Positions 11,855-25,542 are shown, numbered from the stretch's first letter. The stretch is DNA of 64,000 nucleotides from Eledone cirrhosa (GCA_964016885.1 OZ024744.1:76260001-76324000); one strand, 5' to 3'. Notes: generated by a model from the letters alone, not told the origin. Translations and numbers: made by a program.

Positions 11855-12109
11855 ACTATTCCGGGTTAAGCATGTTTTAAGGATAACAAGGATGTTCAAG
11901 ATCAACAAATTTAGTATGAGATAACCCTATCAATATTTGTATATCCTTAAAACTTATTTGAGGACTATAGAATATGTAATAGACTTGAACAATGGACTGG
12001 GATCAATATAATTGACTAAATGATCATAGTGTCTCATTACGGCCGCAGACTAATAACTGACACCAGTAAAAAGAAAAAGTAATATGTAAAATACATTTGC
12101 CACAACAGG

Positions 12110-12194
12110 GGTCCGACGAGCTTTTTATTCCAGAGTCGGGCTAGATCGATACAGATCGAACTTTGAGCTGATCAATAGCGAAACGCGCGTCACT
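12110..12194 (+). ncRNA. hammerhead motif with ~60-nt stem II (copy 1)
   Basis: GT-CCGACGA-GCT...(TCGAT acag ATCGA)...AGC-GAAACGCGCGTC-AC, then AATAAA; homologue at 42611-42694(-). Confidence 0.55.
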
Positions 12195-12329
12195 AAATAA
12201 ACGTAATGAGGACATAACATATCGTCCTTTTTAATATTATTTCACTTTGTTTACACCTCTTTACAGACTGGAATCTACGCATCGAGTGTTCACTCTGGTG
12301 GACCTACAGTAACTGGATGTTACATTCCC

Positions 12330-12371
<42 letters not shown>

Positions 12372-12375
<4 letters not shown>

Positions 12376-12576
12376 GAAGGAAATGTGGTAAGGAACCAGG
12401 TGGACCATAACGCACCAAAGTAATCAATACTTAGGGTAGTAGAGTGGGTAATTGGAACGAGTAGGACTCCGACGGCTGAGCTCAAGCCGTTTCGACGGCT
12501 AATTCTGGACTCATTAACAGTCCAGAATTAGCCGTCGAAACGGCTTGAGCTCAGCCGTCGGGGTCCTACTCGTTCC

Positions 12577-12578
<2 letters not shown>
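12372..12578. mobile_element. asymmetric palindromic PLE-like pLTR fragment between (TA)n arrays
   Basis: About 58-bp near-perfect inverted arms around 12514; second copy at 25333-25533. Confidence 0.6.
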
Positions 12579-12608
<30 letters not shown>

Positions 12609-13206
12609 TCGACAGTCGATCGAGCTTCGTCAAAACGGACCGAAGAAACAATGTTTCAATTGGTCTTTCCTACTGCTAATACTATCTATTGGTTGCAACT
12701 CCAGGTAGAAGAAACAACGTGAAATAAAGTGTCCCGGTCCGGGAATCGAACTCACAACCTCATGATTGTGAATCCAATTCTCTAACCACTCAGCCTATCG
12801 ATAAATATATCGAGTTAGAAGTCAGCATAGCCACATATCTATTAACGTTTGAAAACCATGAAACTTGTGAGACCGGTTAAGTTATAAAATAAATTATAAA
12901 TAAACCTTCTTAAAGACATCAATTGCATATTCAACTTCAAGATAGTGAAAGAGAGAGGGGATGGAGAGTGAAATAGAGAGTTAGAGAGAGAGAGTGAGAA
13001 AGTGAGAGAGAGAGAGATGTAAAATCCCTATACCCCCTCTGCATCTCCGCTTGCGTTGAATACTCCTCGTCTCATCACCAAAGGCTCTCTCTCTCTCTCC
13101 CTCCCTCTCTCCATCTCGCTCTCTTTCTCTCTCTCTATCTATCTATCTATCTCTCTCTCTTTAAATATATATATATATATGTGTGTGTGTGATATATATA
13201 TATATA

Positions 13207-13288
<82 letters not shown>

Positions 13289-13292
<4 letters not shown>

Positions 13293-13496
13293 ATACTTGG
13301 GGAGGGTCATATTTGTGTAATATTGCCAGAAATAATAACAGAACACACTCACTGTTTGGTTGGTTTTCGCTTTTCGCTTCTGTGTCTTTTATATCGGTAA
13401 TCTAATATAATATAATATACTCGGTCCTCAATGTTGCCATTGACTGACCGACGGTCAAAGATAATAAAAAACCTCGCAAAACTAATTCATCGGCCT

Positions 13497-13500
<4 letters not shown>
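13289..13500 (-). mobile_element. solo-LTR-like repeat in (TA)n
   Basis: Minus strand has a TATAAAAG box, CAGTGAGTGT and ends CCCTCCCCAAGTATAACA; copies at 41124-41500 and 47935-47980. Confidence 0.5.
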
Positions 13501-13593
<93 letters not shown>

Positions 13594-13849
13594 GTATATA
13601 TATGTATATATATATATATCAAATATTAAGTAAGCAAACTATTCAAAGAGGATGGGAAGGGCTTAGTTAAGAAAATTACAAGCCAATAAAGAGTGGGTTA
13701 GTGTGCTCGATGCATATAATTTGCAAGACATGCGTTAAAAAAATGAGTAATTCGTTGAAACTATGTCTACCAAAATTATCATATGAGGAGCAAAAAAAGC
13801 TTGTATTACATGTCAGAGAAAACAATATATATATATATAAATATATATA

Positions 13850-14025
13850 GTAATTGTTTCTACTTTTGGCAACTTCACCAGTACATTACTGGTACTTCAT
13901 TTTATCGACTCCGTAAGGATGAAAGGCAAAGTTAACCTTGGCGGGATTTGAACTCAGATCATAAAGGGACGTAACTATGCTGGAAAGTATGTTCGACCCT
14001 CTACCGATACTGCCAATCTACCACC
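13850..14025 (-). mobile_element. Deu/Nin-domain SINE with TSD
   Basis: Core and A/B boxes on the minus strand; flanking direct repeat TATATATAGTAAT. Confidence 0.8.
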
Positions 14026-14191
14026 CTTTATATATAGTAATAATAATAAATGTATAGACTAAAATCCAAAGAGGGCTCGATAAGGATAAATATATATCAA
14101 ATATATAAGAACCGTAGAGCAAATATTTATTAAAATAACAGATTAAAGTTTAAGCAAAGAATCGCTGCTTTCACCCTTAACGGGTCTTCTG

Positions 14192-14688
14192 TTCTATTCT
14201 ATTCTATTCTATTCTATCCTATTCCATTCCATTCCATTCCATTCCATTCCATTCCAATCCATTCCAATCTATTCTTTTCAATTCTATTCTATTCTATTCT
14301 ATCCTATTCTATTCCATTCTATTCCATTCTATTCCATTCCATTCCATTCCATTCCATTCCATTCCATTCCAATCCATTCCATTCCATTCCAATCCATTCC
14401 ATTCTATTCTTTTCAATTCCATTCCATTCCATTCCATTCTATTCTATCCTATTCTATTCTATTCTATTCTATTCTATTCTATTCTATTCTATTCTATTCT
14501 ATTCTATTCTATCCTATTCTATTCTATTCTATTCCATTCTATTCCATTCTCTTCTATACTATTCTATCCTATTCTATTCTATTCTATTCTATCCTATTCT
14601 ATTCTATTCTATTCTATTCTATTCTATCCTATTCTATTCTATTCTATTCTATTCTATTCTATTCTATTCTATTCTATTCTATTCTATT
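14192..14688 (+). repeat. (ATTCT)n/(ATTCC)n pentanucleotide array
   Basis: Directly visible. Confidence 0.95.
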
Positions 14689-15119
14689 TATTCTTGATTT
14701 GTTTTGTGTTATTTATTTCTCACCCAATTCTTTCTTTATACAGCATAGAAGTACATGTACTAACCCCCCTCCCCCCGCAATAATAAATAAGTCTTTGTGG
14801 TTCTTATCTGTATCAGTTGGCAGTTTTGTTGCTGCTGTTGTTGTTGGACAAATCTTAAGGCGTGGGTGGATTTATATATATATTTTTTTGTTTGTTTGTT
14901 GTTGTTTTGTTTCAAATGTCGATCATGGTGACGCTTTAATAAAATAAAAATGCAATCTCAGATTAAAGCAAATGGTGAACAACAAGTACTACACTAAAAT
15001 TATTAATATTCTAATATACTGATATTATAAAACATAAACTGACACCCCAGCAACATATGTTTGTACTTGGGGTTGATCTGATTTCATCCTACCCGTATCT
15101 TTTTTCATTAGTAATTCTT

Positions 15120-15150
<31 letters not shown>

Positions 15151-15311
15151 CTTCAATATATGCTCATATACAGAAAAGAAAAAAAAATTTTTTTTGAATT
15201 AAATGCTTAAATAACGAACTAAATTCACTTTGATATTTACACATTCATTTCTAACTCCTTGTCACAATATTCTGTTATCTGAGAAATAGGGTTCATGTAA
15301 AATTCTAAACT

Positions 15312-16025
15312 ACCAACATCAACCACCATTATCAACACCTCCACCAACACAACCATCAACGCCACCAGCGCCACCACCATGATCAACACCTCCACCAACA
15401 CAACCATCTACACCACCATCATCACCACCGCCGCCACCACCAACACCAACACCAACACCGCCACCACCACCGCCGCTGCCACCAACACAACCATCAACAC
15501 CACCGCCGCCACCTCCAACACCAACATTACTAACAACACCTCCACTGCCACCATCACCACCAACATCAACACAACCACCAACACCTCCACCACCACCACC
15601 ACATCCGCTACCACAACACCACCACCAACACCACCTCCACCACAACCAACCACCACCATCAACACCATCAACAACACCAACAACCAACAACCATCACCAA
15701 CACTACCTCCAACGCCAACACCAATACCAACACCTCCATCACCAACACAACTACCAACACCACCTACATCACCAACATCAACTCCACCACCACCACCACT
15801 AACACCACCGCCTCCAACACCAACACCAACACCACCACCACCACCTCCAACACCAACACTACCACCTCCAACATCAACACCACCGCCTCCAACACCAACA
15901 CCAACACAAACACCACCACATCCAACACCAACACCACCTCCAACACCAACACCACCACCGCCACCACCACTAACACCACCGCATCCAACACCGACACCAA
16001 CACCACCACCACCTCTACCACCACA
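15312..16025 (+). repeat. degenerate (ACC/AAC)n triplet array
   Basis: Directly visible; source of spurious Pro/Thr- and Gly/Val-rich ORFs. Confidence 0.9.
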
Positions 16026-16141
16026 GCGGCAACATTTTTCATTCTAAACTCTGGGAATGCAAATATGAATGATATTCGTGTTGCTGGCTGTTTCCATTGG
16101 AGGCTTTTTTTGAGAGATTACATGGATATAATATATGTACA

Positions 16142-16172
<31 letters not shown>

Positions 16173-16354
16173 GTGTGTGTGCGTGCGTGTGTGTGTGTGG
16201 GGGGGGGGGTGCGTGTGTGTGTGTGTGTGTGTGTGTACGGCAGAGTCAGATGAGACATGACGGGGGTCTGCGTTTGCAAAACTTTATGTATTGGTATACA
16301 ATTAAAATGACTTACGTTAGTATATTTATAAACAGACACACACACATATATATA

Positions 16355-16434
<80 letters not shown>

Positions 16435-16530
16435 TATATATATACACAGATATTGCCTATTCACTAAGGGATTAAATTGTTTTGAAAATTATCCAAAACG
16501 TAATAAATGCATCGCACACATATACATTTG

Positions 16531-16564
<34 letters not shown>

Positions 16565-16600
16565 CATATTCATATCATATATATATATGTATCACATATC

Positions 16601-17449
<849 letters not shown>

Positions 17450-18072
17450 ATATGTCGCGCAGTGCAGTATTCCTCAATGATACTCAAATGAAAAATATTT
17501 AGGATTTAGGATTTAGGAATTAGAACTAGCAACGAATTGACTATCAGCCTCTCACTGAATGGTTTGTTTCACCAATGGCAAATTCCACAAGATTTACTTT
17601 GAATAGAATACTTTCTACATTTCCTTTGAAAAAATATTTTCCTTCATTTTTGCGATGGCTAAATGTCACGAAAATTTTAAATATTTCATAATTGACACCA
17701 TAAACTTACAGATATATATCGACTCCATTGGAAATCCTCTGGGAGAGCTTGAGGATTTTTTCTTTTCTTTGATTTCTCTTTATTTATGTTTTAATTAATT
17801 TCGAGCACATAATGCATCATTGGTCTATATATCTAATATATATATATAAGTTTGGTACCAGGAAAAACAGGAATAACTAGGCAGGAAGAATTGGTTACAA
17901 GGAGAAATTTATTGAGTGTTCATTCTTTAACGTATGTTTCTTTACAATAACAGTTTACATGCGTAATATATCGAACACATAAATCTACACGCCTTCACAC
18001 ACACACACACTCATATATAGATAGATAGAGAGAGAGCGAGTTATATGGATAGTTAGATAGATAGATAGATAT

Positions 18073-20194
18073 GTTTCTTTATTAGCCACAGGGGCACAAC
18101 AGAAGGGGACAAATACAAAGAGGGAAGTGTACATGCAAGAAAAACGTGTAAAATACTATCACAAATGTAATTTAAAAATTAATCGATTTTCCCCAATAGA
18201 GGGAGACATTTCATATGGGTAACACATACCCTCGAAAAAATGTGCAACCCTCATCTCCAGGAGTACGAAGAGTTTGTACCCCTTTCCTCTTTTTCCTCAA
18301 CCTACAGGCTGATATAGAGAGAAGGCCCATTCACTCGGGCCATTCTCGCCACTTTCACCCACATTTCATAAAACTTGCTGGGGTACAGCACCTCTCTCTC
18401 CATCCTGATTTTTCTTCCAAAGTGGTATTTGAAAAAAAAGAATCAGTTGTTGGCCGGATAGAAAGGTGTCCACCTCAGTCCTTTTAATCTTGTCCACCAT
18501 ACAACCTCTTTCGCCATAGCTATCACACAAAGGAAAACCGCGTCTCCTTCGTTTTTGAAGGAGGGCGGCGGTTTGATCATGACAATGGACTCGGTGGTCA
18601 ACCGGATTGGTCCCACCCGCGACAATAGTCGTTCTACATAGCCCCACAGGTCGGTAACGCCCGGGCAGTGTATGAATGCGTGCGCGACGGTTACTTCGTC
18701 TCGCACTCATCTCGGAAAGATCTTTTTCGAAGGGTCCCTGCTCGGGCGCCCATGTCTGTAGAGCTTGTCTCGAAATGGTAGAGCTCCTCGGTAGCACTGC
18801 CAGGCAAGGGACTTTTGGAAGTTATCCATCGGTCCCGGGCGGAAGGTCCTACCGAACAGACTGGCCAGTTCGTCTTCCTCTACACCTAGAGTTTCTCTGA
18901 GCGCGTCGTAGCACTTGCTGCGGATCAACCCTCTATAGAATGACGAAGTGGTGTCTCCACTGATCGCCGAGTCCGCCTGCCAGAGGGCTGTGAGCGCCTG
19001 AGCACATTCGATGTGCCAGTCGCTCATTTTCCTCGGTCTTTGCTTGACCCATGACTGCAGCTCGGTCAGCGAGATGAGTCTTGGGAAGGCTCGCCTCACG
19101 AATGGGGCCCACACCGGTTGTCCGGTGAGGAATACGTAGAGATGCGGCAGCCTGAGCGCGTGTTTGCGCATCGTCAACCACGGCATCCCCAGCCCTCCGT
19201 TGGAAGGGTGTTGGCAGCAGATGGATCTTCTCACCAAAGGAGCGCGCTTCTTCCAAAGGAATTGGAAGAGCGCGCGCTCCATTTGGTGAGCGTTTTGGCA
19301 GGACTAGGCACGACGGTCAAGCGGTAGTAGATGGCGGACGCTATAAAAGTGTTCGCCACCTCCGTTCGACCTTTCAAGGATAGTTTGCACTCGGCCCACT
19401 TCTGGGTGAGTGCAAACACCTTGGCCGTCACCTCGTTCCAGTTCTTCTCCACCTGGAGGTCCGGACCAAACCAAACCCCGAGCAGCTTTAACGGTCCTTC
19501 CGTCCAGCGTCCGACGACGCCATCGGAAGGCATCGGTTTGCCTCTGCACGATCCGAGTTGTAAACCGATGGACTTGTCCCGGTTCAGCTTTGCTCCTGTG
19601 AAACTTTCGTAATCCTACAGTAAGGTTCCAACTTCCTCGATTTGCGAGGTGCTCGACACCACTACTGTAACGTCGTTGGCGTAGGCCGACGCCGCTTTCC
19701 GCAGTCCCGGTTCCAGAGTGATTCCCTGCAATAGCTCTAACTTCCGCAGTAGTGGCGCGAGACTCAGTACGTACAGAAGGGAGGAGAGAGGACATTCCTG
19801 TCGAAGTTGCCTATGCCATCCCCCTTATTCTCGTCCTTCCTGACTTGTGTGACTACACCCCTGGTCACAGAACTGGGAATTCTCCCGTTCTGCTGCCAGT
19901 TGCAGTAGACCGCTTCCGGGAGACCGGAGAACAAGTCCTGCATTGCTACGTAAAATTCGTAGGGTAGACCGTCGAGACCTGGAGATTTGCGTTTGCCGCG
20001 CATTGGCTCAGCGCGTCCCCTATCTCAGCGGCTGAAATCGGCTTTTGGCAGAAATTCGCCTCGTTGTCCGAGAGTCGCGGTAGGCCGTCGAGGTATGGAC
20101 CGAAATCCATAGCCCCTCCCGGCACGCCGCCCTGTCCGAAATGCTGAGCAAAGTGCCTTTGAAAGGCCGTGCACATCTGCTTCGGCTCACGTAG
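18073..20194 (-). mobile_element. Tx1-clade LINE copy A, 5'-truncated, RT core deleted, (TATC)n tail
   Basis: Fragments GKRKSPGLDGLPYEFY, WTEGPLKLLGVWFGPD, GGLGMPWL, AWQCYRGALP match ORF2 at 60049-63468; frameshifted. Confidence 0.92.
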
Positions 20195-20203
20195 ATAGAT
20201 ATA

Positions 20204-22707
20204 TTTCTTTATTAGCCACAAGGGCGCACAAGAAAAGGGGACAATACAAAGACATGCCGGGGATTTTACATACAGTCGTGTAAAAAATATAAAAACAAAC
20301 AATTACAACAATCGAAATCCCCAATAGGGGGAGGCGCCACAAATGGGTTGTTTAATACCCCGTCGATAGAACAACCCTCAACTCCAGGAGCGTTTTGTGC
20401 AAGTGCTCCTTTCTACCTTTTGCCCTTGTCCTCAACCTACAGGCTTATAAACAGAGAAGGCCCAATCACTCGGGCCATCTTTGCTTCATTCACCCACCTT
20501 TCAGTAAATTTACTGGGGTGCTGTGACTCTCTCTCCACCCTGATTCTCCTTCTAAAGTGATACTTAAAGAAGGGAATCAATTGTTGTCCGGAGAGAAAGG
20601 CATCTGTCCTCAGTCCTCTCAACATCGTCCACCATATAACTTATTTCACCATAGCCACCGTACAGAGGAAAACTGCCTCTCTTTCGTTTTTTGAAAGAGG
20701 CTGGCGGTTTGATCCTTACTATGGACTCGGCAGTCAACTGGATTTGTCCCATACGCGACAGCAGTTGTTCTGCATAGTTCCACAGGTCGGTTACGCCCGG
20801 GCAGTGTACAATTGCGTGCAGGACTGTTTCAATGTCCTGCTCTCATCTTGGACACGTCCTCTTGGAAGGATCCCTGCCGGGGCGTCCGTGTCTGTAGATC
20901 TTGTCACGAACCGGTAGAACTCCTCGGTAGCACTGCCAGGCCAGGGACCTCTGGAAGTTGTCCATAGGTCCCGGGCGGAAAGTCCTACCAAATAGACTGG
21001 TGAGCTCATCGTCTTCGACGACCAGATTCTCTCCGAGCACGTCGTCGCCCTTGTAACGTACAATCCCTCTATAGAATGTGAAGTGGAGTCCCCACTGATT
21101 GCTGTGCCCGCTTGCCAGAGGACTGTGAGCGCCTGAGCGCATTCAATGTGCCAGACGCCCATCGTTTTCGGTCATTTCTTGACCCAGGACTGCAGCTCCG
21201 TCAGCGAGACGAGCTGTGGGAAAGCCTGTCTCACAAACGGTGCCCACACCGGTTGGGCGTCGGTGAGAAATACCTGGAGATATCGCAGCCTCAGTGCATG
21301 TTTGCGCATCATCAGCCACGGCATTCCCAGCCCTCCGTTGGAAGGGTGCTGACAGCAGACGGATCTCCTCACCAGCGGAGCCTGCTTCTTCCACAGAAAC
21401 TGGAAGAGCATGCGTTCCATCTTGGCGAGGTGTTCACGGGGACAAGGCACGACAGTCAAGCGGTAGTAGATAACGGACGCTATGAAAGTGTTCGCCTCCT
21501 CCGCTCGACCTTTCAAGGACAGTTTGCACTCTGCCCACTTCTGGGTGAGTGCAAACACCTTGGCTGTGACTTCGTTCCAGTTTTTCTCCACCTGGAGGTC
21601 TGGACCGAACCAGACCCCGAGCAATTTCACCGGTCCGTCCGTCCAGCGTCCAACGACGCTGTCGGACATCATCGGTTTGCCCCTCCACGTACCGACTTAC
21701 AAACCGACAGATTTGTACGGGTTTAGTTTTGCTCCCGTCAGCGTTTCGTATTCTTTCAGTAAGTTGCCGATCACCACGATTTCTGAGGTGCTCGACACCA
21801 TTACCGTCACGTCGTCGGCATAAGCCGACGCCTCTTTGCGCAGTTCCGGTTCTAGAGGAATGCCCTGCAACAGCTCCAATTTCCGCAGTAGTGGCTCTAG
21901 AGTCAATACATACAGAATGGAGGAGAGAGGGCGCCCCTGTCGAATGTAACGCATGATTCCGAACGGCTCCGATAGGTAGCCGTTCAACTTGACCCTCGAG
22001 CAGATGCTGGTGTGCATCGATTCAACCTCTGAACACGGGACCGAAACCGGCCGCCTTGAGAACCGCTTCCAAGTATCGATGGTCGACCCTATCGAATGCC
22101 TTAGACTGATCCAAGTTGATCAGAGCCCCACCGAAGCCGGGTTTACTACCCACCCTCTCTATGATGTATCGCATGAGGTGGAGGTTATCCTGTATGGAGC
22201 TGGTCGGGATTGCACATGTTTGCGCTTTCCCTACCAGGTTCTCGACGACAAGCACCAACCTCGTCGCTAGCACCTTGGCCAAAATCTTTAACTCTGTGTT
22301 GAGCAGAGTTATGGGCCTGAAGTTGTTAATTTCGTCCCCCTTGTTCTCGTATTTCCTGATCAGCGTTACAACGCCCTTGCCTGCCAATTGCAGTAGACGG
22401 CTTCGAGGACGCCAGAGAACAAGTCCGTTATGCCTATGTAAAACTCGTAGGGTAGACCATCTAGACCGGGTGACTTGCGTTTCCCGCAGCGGCCCAGAGC
22501 GTCCCGTATCTCAGTGTCCGTGATCGGTCTTTCGCAGAACTCGGCGTCCGTGTTCGAGAGACGTGGCAGGCCGTCGAGGTATGAACTAAAGTCCATTGCT
22601 CCGTTCGGCTCACCGTCGTTCTGCTCAAAGAGTCGCGCAAAGTGCCACTGAAAGGCCACGCACATTTGCTTGGGGTCAAGTAGTACGCGTCCGTTTTGGT
22701 CACGTAG
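20204..22707 (-). mobile_element. Tx1-clade LINE copy B, 5'-truncated, tandem with copy A
   Basis: NFRPITLLN, LDQSKAFDRV, RQGRPLS, AYADD, KLLGVWFG in broken frames; bounded by TAGA repeats on both sides. Confidence 0.92.
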
Positions 22708-23020
22708 ATAGATAGATAGATAGATACGAGGATCGGCGGAAAAGTTCATAGGCTGGTCAAGACACTCATATGGAATGTTGGAAGACCACTAACGAAGGTA
22801 GAACTCAATACTTATTTTGATGCATATTAAATATAAAAATACGATAAAATCCTTATGTAATGGAGGGCTTATTCCGTTCTGGTTACCATATTGAGTCAGC
22901 GAATTCTGACTGATATCTTTAATATCTCCGACACAAAATTTGCGAAGCTTCTTCAGGTGGGTTGAGGGTGGCACTAAAACGTATTTCGGCTTTGTTAATT
23001 TCCTGAAACAGTTGAAAGAA

Positions 23021-23206
23021 ATAATTGTTTCTACTTTAGGCACAAGGCCAGCAATTACCCAGTGCATTACTGGTACTTTATTTTATCGACCCCGTAAGGA
23101 TGAAAGGCAAATTCAACCTCGGCGGGATTTGAACTCAGATCGTAAAGGGACGTAACTATGCTGGAAAGCATGGCGTCCGATCCTCTACCGATACTGCCAA
23201 TCCACC
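23021..23206 (-). mobile_element. Deu/Nin-domain SINE with 18-bp TSD
   Basis: TSD ACAGTTGAAAGAAATAAT at 23008-23025 and 23207-23224. Confidence 0.9.
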
Positions 23207-23334
23207 ACAGTTGAAAGAAATAATGAATAGGTGAAATAAAAATATAATCACTGTGGTGTCATTATCAAATATCGATAAATTTCTCGATTGAAAATTGGTG
23301 ATGATGTGGGAGGCGACGAAAATAAAAGGCGACA

Positions 23335-23460
23335 CTGAGTTGGCTACGCGCAGGTGTGAGTCTCGCGAGCTGGATAGCTCCTACAGTGCGTCTCCCTCAC
23401 CATCCTCCGGAGAAACGCCTTCTCTATTCTGTCCTCCGGGACCGCGGGACAGCCAGCGCC
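23335..23460 (+). mobile_element. CRE-clade non-LTR element 3' fragment
   Basis: LLQCVSLTILRRNAFSILS resembles the CRE C-terminal 'LxQRxSxAIxRGNA' motif; related pieces at 47400-47520(+) and 52110-52580(-). Confidence 0.55.
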
Positions 23461-23696
23461 TGGATCCCCATTCGCTCATAATATTGAGATTTGGTGAGAG
23501 CGGGAGAGAGAAGGAGGCAATGACAGTGGGAGTTTGGTTCATTTGTGTTCAGACCTGGTGTATATGTATATTTTTCACGGGCACACACACATCTTAGGTA
23601 CATTATCCCTATCGATACCCGAATATGATGTTAATGGAGAAATCAAAATTGAATATAAAGATTGAAATTGAAAATTAGAAATATAGATTAAAACTA

Positions 23697-24305
23697 ATAA
23701 TTGTTTCTACTTTTAGCACAAGGCCAGCAAATATACACTACATAACTGGTACTTTATTTTATCGACCACGTAAGGATGAAAGGCAAAGTTAACCTCGGCG
23801 GGATTTGAACTCAGATAATAAAAATAATAATTGTTTCTACTTTTGGGACTAGGCCAGCAATTACACTAGTGTATTACTGGTACTTTATTTTATCGACCCC
23901 GTAAGGATGAAAGGCAAAGTTAACCTCGGCTGGATTTGAACTCAGAATGGCAAGGGCCGTAACTCTATGCGTCAAAGCATGGCGTCCGACCCTCTACCGA
24001 TACTGCCAATGATTTCTAATTTAAGCACAAAGCCAGCAATGTTTGGGATGGACAAGTTTATTTAATCGACCCTAGAATTTTACTGGTACGTAATTTTATT
24101 GATTTCTACTTTAGGTAGACAGCAAGCAGCTTTCAGAGGGTAGAGAAAGGAAACCCCAATAATTCACTGGTACTTTATTTTATCGACCCCGGAAAGACGA
24201 AAAGCGATATTGACTTCGGCGAAATTTGAACTCTCAGCATAAAGGGCCGTAACTAAATGCTGCAAAGTATTTTGTCCCATTCTCTACCGAATCTGACAAT
24301 CCACT
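23697..24305 (-). mobile_element. tandem Deu/Nin-domain SINE copies
   Basis: Repeated core ACTGGTACTTTATTTTATCGACCCCGTAAGGATGAAAGGCAAAG. Confidence 0.8.
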
Positions 24306-24420
24306 ACCTTGACTACGTTTACATGCATGTATGTATTTATATGAATGCATACGCATCCAATCCATTTATGCCCTCCTTGTCTCCTCAATCTTTCTATGTC
24401 TTCTTTAATTCCTCATTCTT

Positions 24421-24456
24421 TCTTCCGATGAAGGATTAGCGTCCGAAACGTTAAGA
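24421..24456 (+). ncRNA. minimal hammerhead (U4C-mutated copy) in a solo PLE pLTR
   Basis: TCTT-CCGATGA-A-GGAT tagc GTCC-GAAACGTT-AAGA; same family as 26849, 37331 and 39693. Confidence 0.6.
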
Positions 24457-24547
24457 CTCTCTTCCTGCTATTTCATACTTTAAACTAATATATTTCTTCC
24501 ATGTACAGTGCTGTTCGTTTTGTTATTTTTGTTACTTCTGTTTACCG

Positions 24548-24625
<78 letters not shown>

Positions 24626-24667
24626 GGCACACACATACACACACACACACACACGCACACACACATA

Positions 24668-25279
24668 AAATAATCCCCCGTTTATCGCGGGGCATACGTT
24701 CCAGAACCAACCGCAATGAATGAAAATCCGCGATATAGTGAGACCCTAAAGACAACCGTTGTTTTTATAGTTTAACCCTCTCCTACGCGATTAAGTACAC
24801 ATAAACTCATTAAAACACACTTTTGTATATACATACCAAAAACAGCCAGTAACGATCGTATATAAGCTATCACCAACGATCGTACCACTAGTTACAAATG
24901 ACTACCATTGCCAGCCACGTTAGCTGTTTGGTAATATACTGCACATCTCCCGTCAATCTATGAAGGGTTTGTAGTAGATTAGAGAAAAACACAATCAGTA
25001 AAACAGTAATGGAATGAATAATAAAAACATTTTTTTATAGTTAAAGCCTTAAGATGCCACTTCCTTACGCTACACACATCGAAACTTTTAATAATTTTAA
25101 ATTTTAAACACTTTTTATTCAGTCGTACGTACCGCGATAAGAAAATAGATATGTTCTAACGAAAAATCCGCGATGTAGCGAGGATTACCGCGATAGGAAA
25201 TTAGATACGTTCCAAAGAAAAATCCTCGATGTAGCGGGACACCGCGAAATGTGAACTGCGATATAGCGGGGGATTACTG
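24668..25279. mobile_element. Tigger/pogo-type non-autonomous element
   Basis: Right TIR CGATATAGCGGGGGATTACTG|TA; left TIR decayed TA|AAATAATCCCCCGTTTATCGCG; subterminal CCGCGAT repeats. Confidence 0.75.
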
Positions 25280-25299
25280 TATATATATACAATATATAC

Positions 25300-25332
<33 letters not shown>

Positions 25333-25335
<3 letters not shown>

Positions 25336-25533
25336 CGAAAGAGGTGTGGTAAGGAACCAGATGAACCATAACGCACCAGAGTACTCAATACTTAGAGTAG
25401 TAGATTGGGTAATAGGAAAACGATAGACCCCGACGGCAGAGCTCAAGCCGTTTCGACAGCTATTTCTGGACTATTTCCAGATATAGCCGTCGAAACGGCT
25501 TGAGCTCTGCCTTCGGGGTCTAACATTTTCCTA
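25333..25533. mobile_element. second copy of the asymmetric palindromic pLTR-like fragment
   Basis: Homologous to 12372-12578 with the same inversion point and short-arm end. Confidence 0.6.
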
Positions 25534-25542
25534 TATAAATAT

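Noticed and set aside
15319-16047. Extensin/mucin-like Pro-Thr ORF and Gly-Val antisense ORFs
   Set aside because: Degenerate (ACC/AAC)n array is open in several frames; no signal peptide or splice context seen.
17498-17523. (ATTTAGG)3 telomere-like repeat
   Set aside because: Three units only and not the TTAGGG repeat.
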